The notes under the pieces: model-generated | The model's database searches: none | The model's input: only the letters and a program-made list of their open reading frames with translations | Told to the model about the DNA's origin: nothing | Part shown: in pieces, positions 37,186 through 45,303 of the stretch | Layout of the letters: every line of letters starts with the position of its first letter | How positions within the stretch are numbered: position 1 is the first letter of the stretch | Assembly: GCA_022866185.1 (NCBI GenBank) | Contig: JALHUG010000013.1 | Location: 1 to 45,527, forward strand | DNA: 45,527 bases | From: Dehalococcoidia bacterium | GTDB taxonomy: Bacteria > Chloroflexota > Dehalococcoidia > SM23-28-2 | Direction of reading: 5' to 3' | Position numbers and translations under genes: made by a program

Positions 37186-38300
37186 TCCTGCGGTGCCCCT
37201 CGCTGGGATGTAACTCTTTCAAGGAGCCGGAGGAAGGCGGCGGCGCTGGCATCCCAGCTAAAGAGGGCGGCATGCTCCAAAGCCCGGCTGCCTAGGCTTG
37301 CACGCAGGGCATCATCGCCGAGCACATTCACGGAGGCATCTGCCAGGGCCTCTATGTCTCCAGCGGGAACCAGAATGCCTGTACGTCGATGGCTAATGGA
37401 GTCCCTGAGCCCTGCGATGTCATAGCCGATGGCTGGCGTCCCGCATGCGTTGGCCTCAATGACAGAAATGCCCCAACCTTCGCACATGGATGGGATAGCA
37501 TACAACCAGGCCTGCTGTAGGATGCTACGCTTGCGGTCTTCATTCAAAGCCCCCTCTACGGCAACGGTGCCATCGAGCCCAAGAGTCGTCGCCAGCCTCT
37601 TGAGTCGGCGATGGTCGTTGCCTTTGCCAGCGATGAGCAATCGGGCCGACGGGACCCGTTGCTTGATCAACGTGAAGGCCTTCACGAGATGGTCAAGCTG
37701 CTTGTACCTCACCACACGGCCCACGTAGACTAGCAGGGGTATCCCAGAGCGTGTTCCTGGTCTGAGGTTTCCCGGGTCGACGCCGTTGTAGATGATCTCC
37801 ACCTTTTGGGGATCCACCCCCTGGGATATCAAGACATCTCTGGTACTCGGGGAAACCACGGCAAAGGGGATGTGCCGGTATACCCGGGGCATCAAGCTCT
37901 CGAGTGCATAGATGACCATGGCCAGCGGCGCCGGAGCTAGCTTGAAGAGCACGGCGCCATGGCGCATGTGCCAGATGGCGAGTATCGGCTGCCTCACGTA
38001 GAGCGGGGTGAATAGCGGGGTCTTACTTATGTCTTCCACGACGGCGTCAAAACCCTCTTTGGAGGCCTTGATCTTGTAGAACGCGAAAGCGAGGAACGGG
38101 TAGGTCATCCAGTTGCCAAGCCTGATAACGTCTAGTCCGTCCAAGGCCTCTCGGGAACGAGCTCCCGGAAAGCCGCAGCACACGAGAGTCACCCGATGGC
38201 CTAGCCTGGCTATCCTCGTAAACACCTCATGCATGTGGACCTCGGCTCCGCCTGCCTGCGGGTTCGCTATGTCACGCCAGTTGAATAAGAGAATCCTCAC
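37182..38300 (-). CDS. glycosyltransferase family 4
   Basis: Probable GTG start at 38300 (VRILLFNW...); the ORF-track TTG at 38315 is an alternative. It has GGAEVHMHEVF and MCEGWGISVIEANACGTPAIGYD (EX7E-type) motifs. Confidence 0.85.
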   Translation of the reverse strand: MRILLFNWRDIANPQAGGAEVHMHEVFTRIARLGHRVTLVCCGFPGARSREALDGLDVIRLGNWMTYPFLAFAFYKIKASKEGFDAVVEDISKTPLFTPLYVRQPILAIWHMRHGAVLFKLAPAPLAMVIYALESLMPRVYRHIPFAVVSPSTRDVLISQGVDPQKVEIIYNGVDPGNLRPGTRSGIPLLVYVGRVVRYKQLDHLVKAFTLIKQRVPSARLLIAGKGNDHRRLKRLATTLGLDGTVAVEGALNEDRKRSILQQAWLYAIPSMCEGWGISVIEANACGTPAIGYDIAGLRDSISHRRTGILVPAGDIEALADASVNVLGDDALRASLGSRALEHAALFSWDASAAAFLRLLERVTSQRGAPQE

Positions 38301-38767
38301 GGGAGAATCTCGCAACTAGAAATCTGAGGCATGAAGACCATATCGGCTCCTTCGCATATCTGAGCTTGTGACAGAGGAAGCTCGCCAGATTCACATACCC
38401 CGCAACCCTCGGATGGGATCGCGAGGCAGGCCCTCGCAGTCCTTGCCATCGCTAATCCTGACAAGCCGCGACAGCCCCCGAACGGCCACAGGCACCCCAA
38501 GAAGCGCAGTATGAGACATACGCCTTTTTCGGTGAGTGTCTCACATAACGGGGTCACCGTCTACACCCCCTTCGGGCGCCTGCTAGTGGCACGCTCATGC
38601 CTCATGCCCCTCGCTGCTGACTTGACAGCGAGAACCCCTGGAGCTAGATTCAAATGCGAACTTCCGGTAACGTTCGGTTATTCCTGCGTAGCTGCGCAGT
38701 CGCGTAATAGGTCGCCCTGGATACACATGCTGATAAGGAACCAGGATAGCCCCTAGGGTCACGATTC

Positions 38768-40288
38768 GTGCACATCCCTTCGAACGTAAGGTGTCTCGTC
38801 CCGATTGCTTGGGCTTCCGGCCTGACAATCTTCGCAGGTCTCATCCGACTTGCAGCCCAGAAAGGCATCCCGCTGTACCCCGATTCGTACCAGCTGATGC
38901 TTCTCACCCGGGGTCTCTCCCAATCGATTCCCATCGATTCCGCCATGGGCATTGCGGGCGATCCCTGGGCTGCTCCCTTCTACCGGCTGGGCTATCCCCT
39001 GCTTGCCTGGCCGTTCTCGTTTCTCAGCGATGACCCTTTTCTGCCTGGGCTCGTCCTGTCGTTCGCGGCGGGGACGGCCACGGTTCCACTCATGTACTTC
39101 CTCGCTCTCGAGGGCTTGCGGTCGCGGACCGCCGCCATGGGTGCCGTTCTCGCCGTCGCCATCTCGTTTAGCTGTGTCGCCTGGTCCCGTTTTGTCATGT
39201 CCGAGGCGCTGGCCGGCTGCATGATAACTCTTACACTTCTTCTCTGCGTCCTCGCGAGCCGCAGGGATTGTAGGCTTCTGAGCATCGTGGCGGGCCTATC
39301 CGCCGCCTTCACGGTGCTGGTTCGGCTAGAGCTTGTGGTGCTTCTTCCGACATGCGTCCTGTTCATTCTCATGGGCACCGACCGCCAGCAACGTGGGCCA
39401 GCCTATAGGGTACGCGATTTCCTATCAGCCTGGGCTGTTTCCTTCGTCGCCCTTTCAGCCCTCTGGGGTTGGCTAGCTCACAACGTCGCCGAGGCCTTTT
39501 CACTAAATCCGTTCTTCTTGGTGCGCGCTGGCTTTCTCGGAGGAAGCGGCGCCGGGGATGCGGCAAGACTGGGTTCTCTTACAGGCGTCGCGAGCCTTGT
39601 CGTCCAGGAACCCGTGCTGGTTGTCGGAGCGGCCATCGGCCTGACCGTTGGTGTGAGGAGAAGGGACAAAAGGATCTGGCCCATATTGGCCAGCCTCGTG
39701 CTTCTACTAGGCGTAGAAATCCCCCGCAATGATATCCGTTTCTTGGCCGCCACCGTGCCATTCTTGGCGTATGCGGCGGGCCTTGGGTTCGAGACCTTGT
39801 GGAGCTCGGGAGCTCGCTTGCTCCGGGATGCCTCCGCGCGGCGCTCCGCGCTCCTTTCGGGCGCGTTCGGGATGACCGCCGTGTTATTGTTACTGGGGCA
39901 AGTTCTCCAAACTGAGGCGCGATGGCACCCTGATCAAGGTTATGAATACGAAATCGCTCGGGGCGTTGAGAAACAGCTGGCGGACCTCTCCCTCGGGGAC
40001 ATTGTCGTCTGTAGCTATTCTCCTGAGGTCTACTACTTGGTCGACGGCATGTCAGCCAAAAGACTTTCCGTGCCAGATCTCTCCAAATGCATGCCGTCAG
40101 AACCAGGGAACTGGAGGGTGGTTATCATCATAGATGAAGCTGTCCGCCGTCACTTCGGAGAGGCCTTCGAGGGAGATGTGCGCGCTATTGCCGTTCCGCT
40201 CTTCAACATATCAACAGATGCTCCCTATCTTCAGGGAAGCTCCGCATACGACAACGTTAGGCCAGCAACCGCCTATTTGCTGTACTGA
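38768..40288 (+). CDS. GT-C fold membrane glycosyltransferase-like protein (ArnT/PMT, GT39/GT83-like)
   Basis: 506 aa with about 11 TM helices and a first-loop acidic motif (LYPDSYQ). A C-terminal ~110-aa soluble domain follows. The family call is tentative. Confidence 0.5.
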   Translation: MHIPSNVRCLVPIAWASGLTIFAGLIRLAAQKGIPLYPDSYQLMLLTRGLSQSIPIDSAMGIAGDPWAAPFYRLGYPLLAWPFSFLSDDPFLPGLVLSFAAGTATVPLMYFLALEGLRSRTAAMGAVLAVAISFSCVAWSRFVMSEALAGCMITLTLLLCVLASRRDCRLLSIVAGLSAAFTVLVRLELVVLLPTCVLFILMGTDRQQRGPAYRVRDFLSAWAVSFVALSALWGWLAHNVAEAFSLNPFFLVRAGFLGGSGAGDAARLGSLTGVASLVVQEPVLVVGAAIGLTVGVRRRDKRIWPILASLVLLLGVEIPRNDIRFLAATVPFLAYAAGLGFETLWSSGARLLRDASARRSALLSGAFGMTAVLLLLGQVLQTEARWHPDQGYEYEIARGVEKQLADLSLGDIVVCSYSPEVYYLVDGMSAKRLSVPDLSKCMPSEPGNWRVVIIIDEAVRRHFGEAFEGDVRAIAVPLFNISTDAPYLQGSSAYDNVRPATAYLLY

Positions 40289-40340
40289 CTACAGGTCGGG
40301 TCGACACCCGTCCAGCCGCCCTCGCCTTGCTTTGGCGGGT

Positions 40341-40616
40341 CTAGCGCTGAACCTCTGAGCGTCGCGTCGCGAGGAACATCGCTGCGGCGAGCAGCACGGC
40401 CCCAGCGACCGCCAGTGCTATCCACAGTGCTAAGCCAAGCGGTTCGCTGCTACTTCCGCCGAGGCCAGTGGAAGGCAACCCGATGGGTGCAACCATTGGC
40501 GTCTGCGCGTGGCTCACTAGTGTCGGCTCGAAAGGGAACAAGAATGCACTAATCCCCAGAGCCAACGCAACAACGCCGACCAGGCCCACCAATACCCGAA
40601 TCAAAGCCTTTCGCAT
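40341..40616 (-). CDS. 91-aa protein consisting of a signal peptide plus LPSTG cell-wall sorting signal with ~10-residue passenger
   Basis: GGGAGGA lies 5 nt before ATG 40616. The N-terminal signal or anchor is MRKALIRVLVGLVGVVALALGISAF, with a possible SHA/Q cleavage site. LPSTG is at nt 40464-40478. A Gly/Ser linker, a hydrophobic helix and an RRSEVQR tail follow. Confidence 0.65.
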   Translation of the reverse strand: MRKALIRVLVGLVGVVALALGISAFLFPFEPTLVSHAQTPMVAPIGLPSTGLGGSSSEPLGLALWIALAVAGAVLLAAAMFLATRRSEVQR

Positions 40617-41061
40617 TGCATCCTCCCACGCAGTTTTACGCTATTGTCTGCGACTTTCCCATTGGTGTCAAGCCGTAGCACCACCTTTTCATGTTGGGCA
40701 GCCACCTTTCTTGAGACTACCGGCCACGGCCGGACGCATCAGACAATCGAATCGCTACCATCAACGAGGGTTGACTCCTTGGGGGTCGAACGTCCACCGC
40801 GCCGCGGCTCCGTTGGTCACCAGGATAGGAGCGCAACCAAAACGCTCGAGGCTGGTCGGGTTGGTTGTCTCGATCCTTCCTGACATGAGCCTTTGCCAGC
40901 TCTGATCAGGGGCCAGGGCACACGCCACGGCGAACTGGGTGCCGACCGACCTCGGTTCAACCAGAAGGTAACCCGACATGTGACCGCGCGTTCTAAATAT
41001 TGCGTGGAAAAGATCCTGACGGGGAGAAAGGCCCAGGAGAGCTAGCCGGGGGGACGTTGCC

Positions 41062-41838
41062 ATGAGACTTCTTGGACGCATTGGGGGAATCCTGGGCACT
41101 GTCGGACAGGGGCTCAGTAGGATCCGGTCGAGGCTCCACTTGCCGAGGGTTGGGTCGCCCAGGAGCAGGTTCAGCGTCGCGGGGATAGTGGCTTGCGGCG
41201 CAGTGGTTCTGCTAGCCGTGGGACTCTTCGGGATACTCAAAGCCCAGCTGGACAATGATGATAGCGTCGCCACCGGCGACCTGAGGGCAATAATTGCTCC
41301 CAGCGTGCAGGAGGAGGCGATCCCGGCAGCTACCGTCACCCCACTGCCCAAGGTGGCTACCCCCACGCGAATGGTCATCGAGAAGATGGGGGTGGATGCG
41401 CCCGTCATCACCTTGGGGCTCGATGCCAACCGCCTGCCAGAAGTGCCAAACGGCCCTGATGTGGTGGCCTGGTACGACTTCACCGCCAAGCCTGGCCAAG
41501 GGAGCAATGCCGTCTTCTCCGGTCACGTGGACTGGACAGTGAACGGGCAGCCGGTGACCGCCGTCTTCTGGGGGCTAGGAGAGCTGGAGGAAGGCGACGT
41601 GGTGAAGCTTCTCCTCGAGGATGGCAGCGAACTGCAGTATCGCGTCACGGACAACGTCACGATCAAGTACGATGACCCTGAAGGCGTAAAGGTCATGGAC
41701 AAGACTCCCACCGATGTCATCACCCTCATAAGCTGCGGCGGTACTTGGGTGCCCGACCGTTCGAGCCCGTTGGGGGGAAACTACACGCACCGTGTCGTCG
41801 TTCGAGCCGAACGGGTGGTGGTGTCCCTGAGCGGTTAG
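41062..41838 (+). CDS. sortase (class F-like transpeptidase) with N-terminal membrane anchor
   Basis: FSGHVD supplies the catalytic His, TLISCGG the TLxTC Cys and HRVVVRA the Arg. The N-terminal TM is FSVAGIVACGAVVLLAVGLFGIL. Confidence 0.85.
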   Translation: MRLLGRIGGILGTVGQGLSRIRSRLHLPRVGSPRSRFSVAGIVACGAVVLLAVGLFGILKAQLDNDDSVATGDLRAIIAPSVQEEAIPAATVTPLPKVATPTRMVIEKMGVDAPVITLGLDANRLPEVPNGPDVVAWYDFTAKPGQGSNAVFSGHVDWTVNGQPVTAVFWGLGELEEGDVVKLLLEDGSELQYRVTDNVTIKYDDPEGVKVMDKTPTDVITLISCGGTWVPDRSSPLGGNYTHRVVVRAERVVVSLSG

Positions 41839-41917
41839 GTCGCCCGGTAGCGCGAGCATAGCGGTAGTACATCCTACGCTTGGCTTTGGCGTGCGCGTTT
41901 GATGGGGAAGGAGTGAT

Positions 41918-42544
41918 ATGAGCTTGGTAGGTCGCAGCCACGAACAAGGAGGCGCCCCAACCCAGAGGGTGCCTGTCACGCTCGTCATGCTGGCAGTGGC
42001 CATCCTGGGCCTGGTTGTGGCGGCCTGTGGGGGCCAGAAGGAAGAAGAGGCGGCCAGCCCGGAGCTCGGGGCGACCGAGATCGCAGGCACGACGGCGATA
42101 GCAACTCCCGAGGTGACGCCGAGCGCCGGTGTGTCGATTGTCTCAAGGCCCTCGGTCGTCATTGCAAGGACTACCGCCTACGCATTCATCGAGGGAACCG
42201 ATGGCACCGTGTGGTATCGCCAGAGTGACAGCGGCGGGCCCTGGAGCGACTGGATAAGCCTGGGGGGCGTGATCGAACCGGCACCAGCGGCCGTCGTGGC
42301 TGGAGACGACATCTACCTCTTTAGCCGCACTGCGGAAAATGACGTGCGGTACAACCGCCTGACTGGTGGCACATGGAGCGACTGGCAGGGCTTGGGAGGG
42401 GTACTGAGGGGGTCGCTGACTGCTGTCGCCGGTGGCGGCGACGATGTATACGTATTCGGGACAGGCACTGAGGGGGGCATCTGGTACCGCCACTGGGACG
42501 GAGTGGCTTGGGGCGACTGGACAGGGCTGGGCGCCGTCAACTAG
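41918..42544 (+). CDS. lipoprotein with three PLL/DUF346-type (tectonin-like) beta-propeller lectin repeats
   Basis: GGAAGGAG SD and a lipobox (LVVAAC). Three ~45-aa repeats follow, each with the (D)xYxF...W(Y)R...G.WSDW..LGG pattern. By memory this matches DUF346/PLL lectin blades. Confidence 0.65.
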   Translation: MSLVGRSHEQGGAPTQRVPVTLVMLAVAILGLVVAACGGQKEEEAASPELGATEIAGTTAIATPEVTPSAGVSIVSRPSVVIARTTAYAFIEGTDGTVWYRQSDSGGPWSDWISLGGVIEPAPAAVVAGDDIYLFSRTAENDVRYNRLTGGTWSDWQGLGGVLRGSLTAVAGGGDDVYVFGTGTEGGIWYRHWDGVAWGDWTGLGAVN

Positions 42545-42753
42545 CGGTCAACTCCTCCGCGGACACACAATGCGGCCGGCTCTGCGTTTGGACCCCCATG
42601 GCAAATAGCAGCGCCTCGTGTCACCTGCCTTCGAGTCCCTGTCCACGTGCACGAACGGGGAATGTGGTTCCCGCAGCCACCGTCTATGACCGTCTATACA
42701 GTGTGAGCACGCCTCGACAAGCTTTTCTCAAACGCCGTGGGCTGGGCGAATCA

Positions 42754-45186
42754 CTAGTCGGCTAGGATACCGCCCAACCCCGACCAGTCCTGCCAGATCG
42801 TTCCGTTCGAGTGCCGGTACCACAAGCCGCTGTCCCCTCCCAGTCCGAATACATACACGTCGGTGGATCCAGGGGCCGCAGCGCTCGGCCTTCCACTCAG
42901 CACACCGCCCAGGCCTTGCCAGCCACCCCAGGCTCCGCCACTGCGCCGCTGGTACCAGAGGCCACCGCCAGCATCAAGGCCGGAGACGTACACGTCTGCG
43001 CCAGCGGCTACAGCGGAGGGTGAGGTACTGAGCACACCGCCCAACCCTGACCACGCCTCCCAGCTCGTCCCGTCCCAGTGACGGTTCCAGTAGCCCCCAC
43101 CGGCGTCACGCCCGAATACATACACGTTGTTGCCTGCCGTCGCTGCCGCACTGACCTGCCCACTCAGCACACCGCCCAGGCCCTGCCAGCCACCCCACGT
43201 GCCGCCATTGTGGCGTTGGTACCAGAGGCCACCGCCAGCATCAAGCCCGAAGACGTACACGTCTGCGCCAGCGGCTACAGCCGAGGGGGAGGTACTGAGC
43301 ACACCGCCCAAGCCTAACCACGCCTCCCAGCTCGTCCCGTTCCAGTGACGGTTCCAGTAGCTGCCACCGGCGTCACGCCCGAATGCGTAGGCATGGGTCC
43401 CCACCGCCACGGAGCTTGTGGGAGAAGCGCCGTCGCCGCTGCTGACGTCGTGACACAGCTCCAGCTCCCACGAGTTGAGCGTGCCGGCGTTCCCGGCGAG
43501 GTCATCCGTTACTTCGAGCCGCCACTGGCCCAAGAAGCTCTCGCCATTCAGGTCCGCGAGGACTCCCTCGGGACTAAAGGTCCAGGTGAAAGGCGCCAAC
43601 AACGGGTCGTCGTTTAGGGCTATCGGGTAGAAGCTCTCATCGTCGAAAGCAGTGCCGCTGAAATTGTCGCCACTGCCGCCGATGTCGGTAAACAGCTCAA
43701 CTCTGGTGCCGGCGGGCGAGATCAGGTACACATCCAGGTCGTCGTCGTAGGGGTGAGTAATGTTCAGCGGCCCCACGTGGATGTCGCTCAGGGTGAAACT
43801 GTCGGCCACGTTGATGTTCGAGGTCACAGTGCCGGGGTTAGGTATTGCCTTTGGCACGTCGGTGCTGGTGTAGGAGGTGCAGGACTGATCGACGAGGGAG
43901 GCGTAGTAGACCCAGTTCTCAATGGAGCACTCTCCGTAGCCAACCTTGAAGTAGCCGCCGGCCCCCAGCGTGGGCCAATCAGTGCCCCAACTGTTCTTCG
44001 CGATCCAGTAGCCACCGGCATCGTTGTCGTTGTACCCGGTAAGGACTATGCAATGGTTGGTGGTCTCATCATCTGTGCATCTGTAGATGTCTCCGTCCCA
44101 ATAACCACCAACGTCCTCCAGGACACCCAGACAAACCGCAAGAGGCCCCCGGTCAACAAGCTCCTGCTTGATTCGGCTGGGATCGGTTGAAACCCTACCC
44201 ATGGTAGCTATCGTTTCCAGTCTGCTTGCCCAGTTCACACATTTGTCGTCGCAAGTTGCATTGGCGCAACTGCCGCCACTGTAGTAGTCGCAGTAGGCCG
44301 ATTCGCAGCCAGACTCGCCGCAGGAGCACGTGTAACTATCGTACGGAAGGCAGGCCTCATCGGGAATTCCGTTGTCTCGGATGAACTTCAGGGCCTCGCT
44401 CTGCCAACCACCACAGCAACTCTGATCCCAATCCGGGTAGCAGTCCGACACCAGGTACTCTTCCGACAGGTCCGGCTCAAGGCTAGGATTGCCTGCGTCG
44501 ATGTTGTACACCGCTTCTGTCGTTCCGACCGCTGAGAATGCCCAGCAAGAGCCGCAATACCCTTGGTCCTTCACCGAAGTCACCCAGTCCTGTCCGTTGT
44601 AGCTCGTCCAGTCGAAGGCAGTCGGCGGAATCCCCACCGAAGCCTCTTCTTTCGGAGCACTCGGCGCTTGTTCCACGCGGCGACTTCCCTTGGTGGCCTT
44701 CTCGGCCAAGCCCATCAGCTCCGTGACAGAGCCAACCTCTTGTCCATCGCGGACGCAAACGCCGTACTCCGCTGAAAACGAGTTCTTTCCGTCGCTCTTT
44801 GTCACCAGGTCGTAGCCTTGCGTTGCACAGTAGGAGTAGCTTTGGCCGCACTTGCCTTGCAGGAATCCCCACCCATCACATTCGCTGCCATCTGGCAAAA
44901 CGCATATCCCATGCTGCCCTTCAGCCGCATCCACCACTTGGTATTCGTACCCCAGCTCTTGACAGTAAACGGCAGCAGGGTTCGCCATTCCCGGAGCGTC
45001 TCCACCACAGCCCGAAGCGGCATCATCAAGCGCTTCGCTGGCGAGGGTCTGTTGCTGCGCCCCGTGCGAGGCCAGATCAACGACCGTCGGCGTGCCGGCA
45101 GCGCCGCCTTGCCAGCCTACCGCCAACAGGACGGCGCAGACCGCCAGGGCGGCGACGGTTGCCTTTCGACTCTTACTCCTCAACAT
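42754..45186 (-). CDS. secreted multidomain papain-family (C1A) cysteine protease: DUF333 x2 - C1 peptidase - proprotein-convertase P-domain - 5 PLL/DUF346-type propeller repeats
   Basis: It starts with a signal peptide. The DUF333-like ANPAAVYCQELGY...GICVLPDGSECDGWGF occurs twice (about nt 44713-44988). The C1A catalytic motifs are QGYCGSCWAFS (Cys214), NHCIVLTGY (His378) and AKNSWG (Asn398), at about nt 43897-44619. The P-domain (HPYDDDLDVYLISPAGT...GQWRLEVTDD...NSWELEL) spans about 43456-43854. Five W..W..LGG blades occupy about 42757-43413. Confidence 0.8.
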   Translation of the reverse strand: MLRSKSRKATVAALAVCAVLLAVGWQGGAAGTPTVVDLASHGAQQQTLASEALDDAASGCGGDAPGMANPAAVYCQELGYEYQVVDAAEGQHGICVLPDGSECDGWGFLQGKCGQSYSYCATQGYDLVTKSDGKNSFSAEYGVCVRDGQEVGSVTELMGLAEKATKGSRRVEQAPSAPKEEASVGIPPTAFDWTSYNGQDWVTSVKDQGYCGSCWAFSAVGTTEAVYNIDAGNPSLEPDLSEEYLVSDCYPDWDQSCCGGWQSEALKFIRDNGIPDEACLPYDSYTCSCGESGCESAYCDYYSGGSCANATCDDKCVNWASRLETIATMGRVSTDPSRIKQELVDRGPLAVCLGVLEDVGGYWDGDIYRCTDDETTNHCIVLTGYNDNDAGGYWIAKNSWGTDWPTLGAGGYFKVGYGECSIENWVYYASLVDQSCTSYTSTDVPKAIPNPGTVTSNINVADSFTLSDIHVGPLNITHPYDDDLDVYLISPAGTRVELFTDIGGSGDNFSGTAFDDESFYPIALNDDPLLAPFTWTFSPEGVLADLNGESFLGQWRLEVTDDLAGNAGTLNSWELELCHDVSSGDGASPTSSVAVGTHAYAFGRDAGGSYWNRHWNGTSWEAWLGLGGVLSTSPSAVAAGADVYVFGLDAGGGLWYQRHNGGTWGGWQGLGGVLSGQVSAAATAGNNVYVFGRDAGGGYWNRHWDGTSWEAWSGLGGVLSTSPSAVAAGADVYVSGLDAGGGLWYQRRSGGAWGGWQGLGGVLSGRPSAAAPGSTDVYVFGLGGDSGLWYRHSNGTIWQDWSGLGGILAD
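42893..43393. repeat. intragenic tandem duplication, period 267 nt (two propeller blades), high identity
   Basis: 42893-43126 aligns with 43160-43393 at an offset of 267 nt with only scattered mismatches. For example, GGTACTGAGCACACCGCCCAA occurs at 43024 and 43291, and CCACTCAGCACACCGCCCAGG at 42893 and 43160. Confidence 0.8.
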
Positions 45187-45303
45187 GCTGTCCCTCCTCT
45201 AAGACCACAATCAGCCACGTCACAGTCGCTCACTATGCCTCTATCTCTAAAGACGCGCCAACACCCCCAGCCGCTTCGTTATGTCACAGAGGTTCTCCGG
45301 ACC

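Noticed and set aside
38316-38767. Possible riboswitch or sRNA in the 452-nt divergent spacer between GT4 (38300) and the PMT-like gene (38768), including short inverted repeats such as TGAGACA-N17-TGTCTCA near 38510-38545
   Set aside because: The stems are short (5-7 bp) and no known riboswitch consensus was recognised by eye. The region is probably two divergent promoters. A cmscan would settle it.
40761-41507. 248-aa ORF antisense to the sortase gene. Its 3' 72 codons (ATG 40979 to stop 40761, MSGYLLVEPRSVGTQF...) could be a separate small gene in the 445-bp divergent spacer.
   Set aside because: The long form overlaps the clearly motif-bearing sortase on the other strand. The short form has moderately high GC3 but no SD and no recognisable family, so I left it unannotated. 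It is worth a homology search.
42757-43413. Diversity-generating retroelement (template/variable repeat) explanation for the near-identical blade repeats
   Set aside because: There is no reverse transcriptase or accessory gene in the window. Mismatches between copies involve all bases rather than being adenine-specific, and the copies are tandem and in frame, which indicates a simple duplication.
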